DNA of 20,000 bases from Pseudovirgaria hyperparasitica (Eukaryota). How positions within the stretch are numbered: position 1 is the first letter of the stretch; the number at the start of each line of letters is the position of its first letter. Positions 1 to 10,500 of the stretch are shown in pieces. The notes below the pieces were generated by a model that had not been told where the DNA came from, searched no databases, and saw only the letters and a program-made list of their open reading frames with translations. A program made the position numbers and the translations under genes. Location of the stretch: the NCBI GenBank assembly GCA_010093815.1, contig ML996579.1. The stretch is one strand, 5' to 3'.

Positions 1-806
1 CTCTCTGACGCTATATAATGCCACCTTCTATGGCTGCTCACTCTTGGACTCCAATGCTGGATAGATATGAAGACGATGATGATGATCGTTGTGAGGTGAC
101 CTTGGTGAAGAAAATCGCTGTTGTGTACTGACGATGCTGATCTGTGTGCTGGACAGATTGTCCGCGACGGCATGTGTCCGCGGCATCATTCATTTGTGTT
201 TTGGTAAGTGTGGCGGCGTGACATACCCTGTATGCTATTGTAGGGAATATAATAGCAGGTCACAAGGAATATACAAGGAGAGAAGGAGTGATTAGTAATG
301 TAGGAATGATGTGAAAGCAGTTAAAAAGATAGATATGCATTGTGGACAGTCTCAATACACGTACAGGACAGTCCCAAAAGTTGTAAGGAGAGCGCTAGGG
401 TATGATATATAAGAGGTAAATTCTATAAGAATAAACTTCTTCTATCCCTCTGCTCCCTTCCGACTACACAATTCTACCATATCTTCGTGTAGAGTATAGA
501 CTTACCGAGGAGAGGGAATGTATCATGCTCTCTTCACCCTACTCGAATATTCGATGATGCCTCGTTGTTTGCCTCTGTAATAGTATGACTGCTCAGCATC
601 GTGGAACGGTGACGCTCATCACCAAATTTAACCAGAAATAAGGACCATTGCTGACCAGATACGAGACAGGTACTCACGCACTGCCCTAATCTGAAGCTGT
701 TTTCAGGATAAGCTACTACAGCAAGAGTGTGTCTCTCAACCTTTTCGTCAGGCTAATAACCCATTAGCAAGTCCTTCACGCAAGACCGAGGTAGAGGTGC
801 TAAAGC

Positions 807-1090
807 ATCCGGGACTTCAACAACGTAGCTGTGATATGGGGTCCTTTGAGCCGTATCCAGGCTGCCGGGTACGCCGAAATGGCGAGTTTGACTCGAGACA
901 CATTACGAAGCAGAAGACCAACGTACCCGACAAACCTACAGCCTCAGCTATTAGACACTCCAGTACTTATACAATGCCCCGTGACTCTAAATTTCTTCTT
1001 AGAGTCTACAAGGAAAGTAGAATCTATCTGCCGAGGGTCACTGCTCGTAGTATAACAACTCCAAGTACATGTTGTCGCTCCTGCTGGATA
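807..1090 (+). pseudogene. Possible degraded BTB/POZ-domain gene remnant
   Basis: Fragments in three frames follow the motif order of fungal BTB proteins: RDFNNVAVIWGPLSRIQAA (810-866), NGEF...KTNVPDKPTASAIRH (878-958), LQYLY (958-972), QLQVHVVA (1056-1079). They are broken by frameshifts and stops. Recognised by eye only. Confidence 0.3.
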
Positions 1091-1667
1091 GATGTAATCA
1101 AATGATCCCGAGGAACAATGTTGGCACTATCCGCCTAAGCATTGTTCTTCATCTACGTGGGACGTTGATGATAATCGTCGCCAGGGAGTGGAGATTACGC
1201 TTAGTAGCGTCTATACAGAGGAACATCATTAAGGATGTTACAGACGACACATTGGTTGTGGCAGAAGTAGGAGTATAAGTTCCATTTCGTGAGATGGACG
1301 GCAGGTACCCACGAGGCAGTACAAAGCTCTGAAAGAAGGGTTAAGCTGATCGTATATACACAAAGGAGTGCCGGGTAGTCTGCCTGCAGTCTAAATACTA
1401 CAGCACCGGGCAAGCTGGCTCTATGAAAGAGATGTCTGTTTTTACCTCTTCGAACATGACTTACCAGAGAATCATGTAGGTAAGCAAAGCCTATATATCG
1501 AAACTTTCCTAGGGAAAGACCGCGAACAAAATACTATGGCTATGTCTGCCATACTAGAACTAAATCTATGACAACATAGCTCTAGGCTCTGGACATGTTG
1601 CTGCAAGTGCTGTTGCTTATTAGCTAAAAAAGTATCGCGAGCATAGACTGACATGACACCACCATTC

Positions 1668-2939
1668 TCACTGGCCTCCTCCAACTCCGAACATCTCCGT
1701 TCTCACTCTTTCACTGTCAACTCCATACTCCTTCAACTTCGCCTCTGCAGCACACATGAACTCCGTCGGTCCACAGACAAAGTACCGCGTTCTCTCATCC
1801 CCTAAATGCAACAGCTCCCGCTCTCTCAAAATATCCATGTCCATCCTTCCCTGACAGTCATACTCCTCCCCCTGAGTCTCCCCCTCATCCGGACAAGTCG
1901 TAAAAAATACAACCCTCAAGCCCACATACTCCCTTTCTACATCCCTCAACCGCACACGAAACACCCTATCCACGTCCCTCCTCGCCGTATGCACCAGCGT
2001 AATCCTCCTCTTTCCCTTCTCCGCCTCCAGCATCGCCATCAACGGCGTAATACCCACCCCAGCACCCAGCAACACCAACGGCACATTCCCATCCCCATCC
2101 CCATCCACACTCCCCTCCTTTGCCGCATCAAACCCAAAATCCCCACCCGGGCAAGAAACCTCAACCTCCCCCCCAACCCCCATCCCATGCAAAACCCCAC
2201 TCACGTACCCGCCCCTAAACCCACCCCTCCCATCCTCCCTCTTCACACTAACCCTCAAATACCCCCTTCCAGGCCCATCACTCAAACTATACTGCCGCGC
2301 CTGCAACATACCCTCATCCCCACTCCCAGTAGCGCCCGGCACACGCACCCGCAAACTAACATACATCCCCGGCACAAACCCCGGCACGTCCGCCCCATCC
2401 CCACGCACAAGATAAAACGACGTCACACACTCCGTCTCCATCTCCTTTCGCACAATCCGACACGTCTGCCAGCCTACCCAATTGCTGTGCTCCACACGCG
2501 CGTAGCCAGCGCGCTCAAGCGCAATCATACTGTTCGCAAGCTCCCAATACGCAGCCGTCCACGCAGCACGTACTTCGGCACTCCACACACCCCCGGGCAG
2601 ATCGCCGAGCACGCGCTGCATCGCGGCGATCAAGCCCTCGCCGACAAGCGTGTACATGGGCGGCGTGATGCCGAGGCTAACGTGCTTCGCGCATACCAGC
2701 TCTAGCATCTTCTTCAAACTGGCCTGGTCGTCGATATGCGTTGCGTATGCATGCAGAGCGGAGGCGAGGGCGCGGGCTTGGTGGGATGTGGACTGGTGGG
2801 TTGCGTTGAAGATGTTTGAGAGGTCTGGGTGGGCGGATAGGAGTGATTCGTAGAAGGAGGAGGTGATTGCTGTGCCGTGGAGGGCGAGGGCGGGGATTGT
2901 GGCTTTGATGATTGCGCGCTGGGGGGTTGTGAGGGACAT
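1668..2939 (-). CDS. fhb: Flavohemoglobin (nitric oxide dioxygenase), 423 aa, intronless
   Basis: N-terminal globin (SSFYESLL with TyrB10, HQARALA with GlnE7, KHVSLG with proximal His), FAD-binding RQYSLS, NAD-binding GAGVGITP, CGP and terminal EMFG motifs. Confidence 0.96.
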   Translation of the reverse strand: MSLTTPQRAIIKATIPALALHGTAITSSFYESLLSAHPDLSNIFNATHQSTSHQARALASALHAYATHIDDQASLKKMLELVCAKHVSLGITPPMYTLVGEGLIAAMQRVLGDLPGGVWSAEVRAAWTAAYWELANSMIALERAGYARVEHSNWVGWQTCRIVRKEMETECVTSFYLVRGDGADVPGFVPGMYVSLRVRVPGATGSGDEGMLQARQYSLSDGPGRGYLRVSVKREDGRGGFRGGYVSGVLHGMGVGGEVEVSCPGGDFGFDAAKEGSVDGDGDGNVPLVLLGAGVGITPLMAMLEAEKGKRRITLVHTARRDVDRVFRVRLRDVEREYVGLRVVFFTTCPDEGETQGEEYDCQGRMDMDILRERELLHLGDERTRYFVCGPTEFMCAAEAKLKEYGVDSERVRTEMFGVGGGQ

Positions 2940-2947
2940 TTTCTTGT

Positions 2948-2948
2948 G

Positions 2949-2983
<35 letters not shown>
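2948..2983. repeat. (GTGC)9 tetranucleotide microsatellite in the flavohemoglobin 5' leader
   Basis: Nine perfect GTGC units read directly; separated from the ATG (2939) by 8 nt. Confidence 0.97.
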
Positions 2984-2984
<1 letters not shown>

Positions 2985-3531
2985 AGCGAGGGAAGGGGTC
3001 TTTGGGTTAGAGGGCTGGAAGGATGTAAGAGTGCTGCTGTATGTAGTGCGAGATATATCGGATGTAGATTTGAAAGATATCGTAGTGGTTTTGAGGAAAG
3101 AAACATGTCCTTTATGCTCTGCCTATCCTCGTCCCTCGAGACACGGGACCCCCTGAGCCGTCTCTCGAAAGGGCTGACAGACTTTTTCTTTTATTATTTT
3201 CTTCAAGGACTGGCTGGTGTTGTGTTCGTACTGCTGGCTCCACTGCCAGACCCTGAGTTGCATCAACCCTGGTCCCGACGCATCGTCCTGCTCAGGCTTC
3301 TCCGGGGAGAAAAGGATCCGAGAAATGATTAATTATGCATGTGAGAGCCAAAGTTAGACTGGGCAGGTGAGATTCGATGAGTAAGAAGATCTCGCCAGGG
3401 ACATGGTGTCACAAGAACTATCATGCTGACTGATGTGGTACATCCAACTTGGGCCGTTTGCCCATGCGACGCAAGCATTCTCTGTCAGACCCAGGGACGT
3501 GAGCGCACATGCTCTACGTTCGACACAGCAT

Positions 3532-3539
3532 CTCCGTGG
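3532..3539 (+). promoter_or_regulatory. Putative NirA/NIT-4-type binding site (CTCCGHGG)
   Basis: CTCCGTGG matches the NirA consensus about 590 bp upstream of the flavohemoglobin ATG; a near match CTCCGGGG lies at 3300-3307. Confidence 0.45.
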
Positions 3540-4217
3540 CACGTAGATATACATGGTAGGACAAACATACACCTTCGGCACAGAAGAAACAGCTCAGCAT
3601 ATAGATCGTCTCTGTTTGACTCTACTATTATGCTCATTACTCTTAGCTTCAATCTCCCAACAACAACATACCAGCGCAAAGCCAAAGTATGTCCCGCCAT
3701 GATGCTAGTTATCTGCTATATGCAAATAATGCCCCTTTCACTTGATTGCTTTTCCTTCTAAAAGCCACCATATGAGTAAAGTATACCCATATATCATACT
3801 CTGAACTAATGCTCTGATAGGCTTTTCTTGCCTCTTAGCACTCCTGCTTGGTATCATCAAACTAATACTGTCCTGTCACACAGGGAACAAAGGAAAACTT
3901 GGGCAAATGGGAAAATGTGGATACGGGGGCGGCGTGGAATGGGTGGGGTAAGTCTATGTTACATACGACAAGTCGTAGGTAGTGAAGAAAGGAAAGTGTG
4001 AGTATATGACCTCGTAGCCATGTTGATTGAGAAGATGCCTTCGAGTCGGCCGTTCAGTGACGGAGGATCCGACGGCTAGGTGTCAAAGAAGAGCTTTTTC
4101 CACGATGAACTTTTATGGTCCCACAATGCGCCTTCCAGAGCCGAGCGCCGATTCGCCAGAAAGTAACACGACAACGTCCACCGATGGAGAGGTGAGGAAT
4201 GCTGGTGGACAAGACAA

Positions 4218-6638
4218 TCAAGCCTTCTCCTCACCCTCTTTTTTGCCAGCGTCATTGGGGGCCTCACCCTCGCCTTCGCCTTTAGACTTGACATATTCGT
4301 CATACACGTTCATAGCTTCATCAACCTTGGCACGAAGAGCGACCTCGTCGTTAATCCTGCACAGTGTTAGTGAAATTGTCCAAGTGTTTAGGTAGATATG
4401 GACTTGACTTACAGGTTGATGAGCTCGGTATTGTCCATCTCCAACAACATACCAGTGATCTTACCAGCCAACTCGGGCTGCTGAGTGTGGATCTTGGGGT
4501 ACAGAGCCTCACCGAGCATCTGTTTCTGAGTCTGTGGTGGAGCAGCGTTCAGAGCGTTGACGTCAACACCATCAACAGGGGGCAATGGTCCGGACTGGCC
4601 AGTCTGACCAGGGGCAGGACGACCTTGGGGAAATCCAAGACCACCTTGGCCTGAGCGTCCATTTTGCTGGAAACCACCACGGCCGCCTTGACCGGCTTGC
4701 TGACCACCACGCATGCCTGGAACCATCGGAGGCATCTGAGGCATGCCAGGAGCACCACCCATTGGACCACCACGACCACCAGAACCACGACCGCCCATAG
4801 CAGCGGCTTGTACTTGAGCGACCTGCTGCAGGTACTGAGGGTTCATGTACGGAGGGAAGGCGCCAGGAGGCATGTTTGGTGGCATACCATACATTGGTGG
4901 CATTTGCTGGCCGTTGGGGCCGCCACGTCCACCTTGTTGAGGACCACCAGGGAAGCCAGCTCCGCGTCCTCCTTGTCCTCCGCTCGGCATTACGGGGAAT
5001 GGCATCTGACCACGAGCATTCGGAGGCATGAAGCCCTGCTGACCAGGAGGGAAGAACATCTGGGGTTGAATGAATCCCTGGGTGGGCATGCCACCGGCGA
5101 CAGCAGCCTGCTGTTGGAGACGAATTTGATTACGAGCTTGGATGGTGGCCTCGAGCTATGGCATCATGGTTAGCAACAGAGACTAAAGTGCGCTTTCAGA
5201 GTTTGCAACGTACCTGACTCTTGCGCACATCCTTACGCTGAGCGAGAGCAACGTATAGAGGCTTGCTCTCAAACATCTTTTGATTCATCTCGGTAACAGC
5301 CTTGGTAGCCTCATCAGGATTGCTGAAGCACACGAAGCCGAAACCTTTGCTCTTGCCAAGAATCTTCTTCTCGCCCTTGATGGTGACCTTGTCCTTCTCC
5401 TTGGTGTCCTTTGACTCGTCGCCTGAGCCTTCCTTCTTGTCTTCGCTCTCTTCGTCTTTCTTTGCCTCATCCTTCTCAGTCTTTGCCTCGTCCTCATCCT
5501 TGTTTTCCTCAGCCTCAGCACCATCAGCGGGGAGAGTGTCACGCATGACCTTGGCGGAGGTAATGTTGCCGTATGGCGCAAACATATCGCGTAGCTTATC
5601 ATCATCCACATCGTCATTGAGGTTTTTGACGTACAGATTAACGCCCTGGTACTTCGACTGCTTCTCAATACGGGCAGCCTCATATTGCTTACGGAGCTCC
5701 TCCTCACGTTCGTGCTTCTTCTGCGCACGGCCCACGTACAGCTTCTGACCCTTAAAGTCAGAATCGTTCAGTGTGTCCACTGCGACAGAAGCATCCTCGT
5801 GCTTGATGAAGTTGACGAAACCAAAGCCACGGCTCTTACCAGCATCATCAACAGCCAAAGAGGCGGAGGTGATAGGACCGTGCTTCTCGAAAAGAGCGCG
5901 GAACTCTTCCTCAGTAGCCTCTAGATCAATGTTCTTGACGTAGATGTTGGTGAAATTGGCCTTCATCTCCTCAAACTTGCTCATGCGATCCTTCTTAGGA
6001 ATATGGTGACCAACGAAAACCTTCTTCTCGTTCAACAACATACCGTTGACATGCTTGATGGCATTGGTGGCTGCCTCGGCAGTCTCGTAGTGAACGAATC
6101 CGTAACCCTTGGAGTTGCCTTGCTCATCCTGAGCGACCTTGCAACTGAGGATGTTGCCAAACGCGGCAAATGTATCGTGGAGAGCCTTGTTGTCGATAGC
6201 AACATCCAGGTTTTTGATGAAGACATTTCCTTGACCAGTCTTGCGCAGAGCTGGGTCACGCTGGGACCACATGATGCGGCAGGGCTTTCCTTTGATGACA
6301 GTGTAGTTGAGCTCCTCCAAAGCCTTCTCTCCGTCCTCGGAAGAGTTGTAGTTGACATAAGCGTATCCGAGAGAGCGACGAGTAACGGCGTCACGGCAGA
6401 CACGAATCGAAGCTACCTGGCCGATGGAGGAGAAGAGCTCGAACAACATGGCTTCGGTGACAGAAGGATCGAGCTCGCCCACGTAGAGGGAAGCAGAGTT
6501 GTGATGGGCAGAGGAAGGTGCTGCAGAGGTGGGAGTTGGCACCTCAGAGCCGGAAGGCGCACCGACATTGGTGTTGATGCTGGCACCGTTGGGACCGGCC
6601 TCAGCGGGCGCCGGTGAAGTAGAAGCTTCAGCAGACAT
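4218..6638 (-). CDS. pab1: Cytoplasmic poly(A)-binding protein, 768 aa; exons 6638-5214, 5155-4413, 4356-4218
   Basis: Four RRMs ([42 protein letters not shown]), Pro/Gly/Gln/Met-rich RGG linker and MLLE domain ([11 protein letters not shown]...[10 protein letters not shown]). Introns 5156-5213 (GTACGT..GCTAAC..TAG) and 4357-4412 (GTAAGT..ACTAAC..CAG) keep the frame (2307 nt). Confidence 0.98.
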
Positions 6639-6815
6639 GTTTCTTTTCTTTGTGTTGACGTCGTTAAAGACTGAGTGGGCGATAAGATCCTGCGGAGGGA
6701 GGATATTGTCAAGAACAGAGAGCGTGCGAAGGTGAAGACCGAGTGCTCGCGTTGGCGAAGACGGCGGTCAGAATCTCAACGTGAGGGATTTGGCTTTTCT
6801 GTTCTTTACGGGGGG

Positions 6816-6931
6816 TTTTTTTTTTGCAAGGACGGGTTTTCGACGGTTTTCTGGAGGGGATGGGGCAAAGAGAGACTTCGCAGACTCTCCGGAGGATAGG
6901 CTTGACAAAGCTTGAAGATGTGGTTTTTTTT
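6816..6931 (-). promoter_or_regulatory. Oligo(A) tracts in the probable pab1 5' UTR (candidate autoregulatory element)
   Basis: T10 at 6816-6825 and T8 at 6924-6931 on + read A10 and A8 on the pab1 sense strand, about 180-290 nt upstream of the ATG. Transcription start unknown. Confidence 0.45.
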
Positions 6932-7560
6932 ATGATTTTGGGGGTGGAGAAAAAGTATCAGGCGGTCGCGAAGTGCGTCTTGTAAGAATTCGGGTAGTCA
7001 CGGGACCTGGCGGGAATTCGCGCTAGCCGCGAAAATTCAGTGAGGGAGCCCCCGGCCGCTAGCAGAGAGGGGGTGGGGGTGCATTTAAGCGAGCGAAAAC
7101 AACATCACCGTCGTCATCATCGTCAGCATTCACTTGTGTAAGGGGTGTTGAACAACAGAGTTCATTCTCTTATGATATCCACGTCTGAAAGGACCAGGCT
7201 CAAACGAAAGAAATCAGTTTAAAGGCCCTTGTCACTGTACACTGGGATTGGCTCACGCCGCCACATGCAAACAGCTGCTCAGGGGTTTATTCACATGCAC
7301 ACTGGGTAAGAGCTGGTCAGTGTGACAAGTTGTTACGTGGCATCATTATGACCCATGTCTCAATGTTGATAGCTTAGAGTATCTATCATACAAGTGCCAT
7401 CATGCTATCAAAGACACTATTCCGCATCTTTAAACAGTAACGCCGCGCTCGTTAACATAACGTGATACCTTATGTTCCCATATGTAAAGTATGTACCACA
7501 ATGGATCTCCAAATATACAATGAGCCGGATGTGGGTATCGTGCAATCGTCTTCTTTGCCT

Positions 7561-10500
7561 CTACTCCTGGAGGCTCTCATCCCATCCACCGCGCTCCATC
7601 AGGAAGCCTTCTACACGCTCTCGACACTCCTCCAAGCCCGTCCCTAGCGCATCTCGCCACTGTCCCTCTACCACCTCAACCTTCTCCTTCAAATCCAGTG
7701 TCAGTCTCGCCTCTTCATCTTGCCTAATGGCTTGCATCTCGGCTTCCACCGTCGCATGATCTTCCCCGGCCATATGTCTTTGCATCTCTAGCAGACGTGT
7801 ACTGGCAGCCATCACGCCATTCTTGACCTCATGAAGGAGGCAGAATAGATTTGTCTGCGATTCGATGAATTGATACGCAGACTTCCTTGCATGATCGAGC
7901 AGCGAGTACAAATACTGCATAGGAAAGTCGTAGTAGGACGGATTTTCGCTGTACTCCTGAAGTGGGATCAAGATCTGAAAATCCTCAAGATCCTGCGGTA
8001 CCTTTTGGACCACGGTAAGAAGTCCCGGAGCTATGTCCCAGAAGGCAGATAGCTGATCCTCCACACCGCGAGATACGTTCGCCTCTACGATCCTGAGGAA
8101 TTCTTCAAAGCGTCTGAGGGTGTCTTTCTCGAATCCGACCTTGCGCTCTTGTGCATCTTTGGTAAAGAAGGCATCGACCTCTTTGGCCTTATCTTGATTG
8201 CCTCCCATATCGTATGGGATCAGTACGTACTTCTTGTAGTATTCGTCTCGCTCTCGCTCAACTTCAAACAGATCCCGATGAAGTTGCTCGCGCACCTCGA
8301 AAAGCCACTTTAGAAGAGTCAATTTCTCGAGTAGCTCTGGTTGCTCATCTCCTTCTTCCTGCGTTTGATTGGGATTTGACTCATGCGCTAGATCCTTCCT
8401 CAGATGATCAATTGAGGCTGTAGCCTTGGTGACTCTCTCTGAAAGCAACGCATTCAATGGGCCGTATACTTCTTTTTTATAGCCGTCGAATTCTGCCTTT
8501 GCGCATTGCTGGCTACGCTGCACTTCTTGACTGTCGAAATTGGCTTCTGCTTTGGCTGCATCGGCAAAGCTCATATGTCCCGAACGTATTTGGTCCTGTA
8601 TATCGAAACGGAGATGGTTCCGTCGTTCTGCTGCTGCTGTGCGCTCTTGCTCTCGAGCTGACGCTACCCGGGATTTGAACTCATCTTTAATTGGGTTCAC
8701 ACTATCGAAATCGCTCAAGCTGCGTAGAACAGCACGAATAGAGGCTAAATCAGGATGGTTATTGTTGACTGCGGGGTGGTGACGAGGGTATGGCGGTGGA
8801 AGGGTGACTAGCCGAGAAACGTCAAGTTTATATGGGTCTGGAGTCGCTGGTGCAGAGTGGGTGAAGAACTGGTATGAGTGCGCAGATTGCGGGAGCTGTT
8901 GTTCGTGTAGGCCGAACTTCTCTGGCGGATACTCATTCGGACCAAGACCTGCATAGTCAATGCTAGGCCCTGGAGTACCACTATACGGTGGTGTGCTCTC
9001 TCCATCCCACTGGAGATGTTCGCGAACTTCCTTGGGAAGACCCATATACTTTGACTCACGCTTCGATCGTTCTAGCTTCTTACCGCCTCTGCCTACTGAT
9101 CCATTGGCGCTTTCTTCCCACCATCGACTGGCGGACCGTCCTCGAGAATCTTGCTCGTCTGGTACAGTGCTCACTGCCATACTTGGTATGGGTGATAGGC
9201 ATGGTTGGAACCCTGTGTGATGCGGGTTCTCCCCACGGCTCTGTTGACTCGAAACACTCGCTGGTGAGTCTGGCTCACCGCGGGCAAACGTTGTCTTCGT
9301 AACTGCTGGGCTAGGGGTTGGGAAAGGAGAGGAAGGTGTCGCAGACCGCCAATGAGATGCTGATAGAGGTGCCGTCTGGCTAGGGGTAGCGGATCGCCGT
9401 CCTGTGCCATTATATGAACGCCACATGTCCCGTGTAAGGTCGAAAATTTCGCTAGCCATGCTATCAAATGCCGCTGAATATTGATCACGCCGTAATCGAG
9501 ATTCTGCAACAATAAATTCGGCAAACATTTCAAGACGCTCTTGGTCGGTTTGAGCATTCCTTTCCCTGTCAACAAAAATCCGATGCCTCTCGATAGCAGC
9601 TTCGGCGAAGAGGGCACCTTCTGAAGACTTAGGTCGGTTTATGGCACCAGCAATGGCCGTAGGTGTTTTCGTCATACCAGCAGAAGGTGGACGAAATGGC
9701 GAGAGTGGAGCCTGCATCGAAATATCCTCATTGGGAACATGGAGAATGTGCGATATAGGTCGATCCAAGGCATGTAGCCTCGGTACCCCAAGTCCGGATG
9801 CGGAAGGCTCCATATGTTGCGATATGGGTGGTGTAGGAAGCGCTTTTGGAGGCACTGCCGGATTTACGGATCTTCCCTGTACCGCTTTCCCGGAGGCCTT
9901 GTCTACAGTTGGGGAGAATGGAGGAGTCGGCGCAAAAGACTCTGGCGACATCACTCTGGCCGATGGGTCTGCAGTCCGGGGCGTGGAATGAGACGATGAC
10001 GGTTCGGCTTCAAGAGAGCTCTTCTTCGTCAGAAACCCTGGTGATGGCATCCCTCTGCTGCCTGCGCTCCTCGGTGTACCCTTTGTGATGGTACGTCTCC
10101 GGCTAAGAGCGCTACCTATCGAGTCTAAAACTAAATCTGCAGGTTTGGCAGATGTGGATGGGCTGGCAGCTTGTTGCATGTCACGAGCCCAGGGATTATT
10201 GTTTTGCTCAACGGCCGTCGGAGGCTCCCCAATGCGCTCTCTCGCAGCTCGGCTTTCATTCCTGCGTTCTCTAATTCCTCTGGCGCTTGGATCACGTTTG
10301 GCTGTATTACGGTCCAGCACACTAGGGAACACGTGTGCGGTGTGAGGCTCAGAAATTCGGCTCCCTGAAGCTGTACTTCCTTCGCCATTAGTATTGGAGT
10401 TCCAGTCCGAGCCTGTAACGGAAGTTCCAGTCTCAAGACGAAGGCCTCTTGCAGCGGGTGACTTTGAACGCCTTCGAGCGTCTTCCTCAACCCAATCCGC

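Noticed and set aside
1..174. Minus-strand frame open from ATG 174 to the window edge
   Set aside because: No recognisable motif or codon bias; cannot be supported without flanking sequence.
1806..2705. 299-aa His/Pro-rich plus-strand ORF
   Set aside because: Antisense shadow of the flavohemoglobin; the G/T-rich codon bias removes stops on the opposite strand.
3964..3977. TACGAC-AA-GTCGTA inverted repeat in the pab1 3' region
   Set aside because: A 6-bp stem with a 2-nt loop is expected by chance in 20 kb.
5360..5540. Long charged insertion inside PABP RRM4
   Set aside because: A common feature of filamentous ascomycete PABPs, not novel and not a missed intron.
4027..6617. Several plus-strand ORFs up to 204 aa
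   Set aside because: Antisense to highly codon-biased pab1; no independent coding signal.
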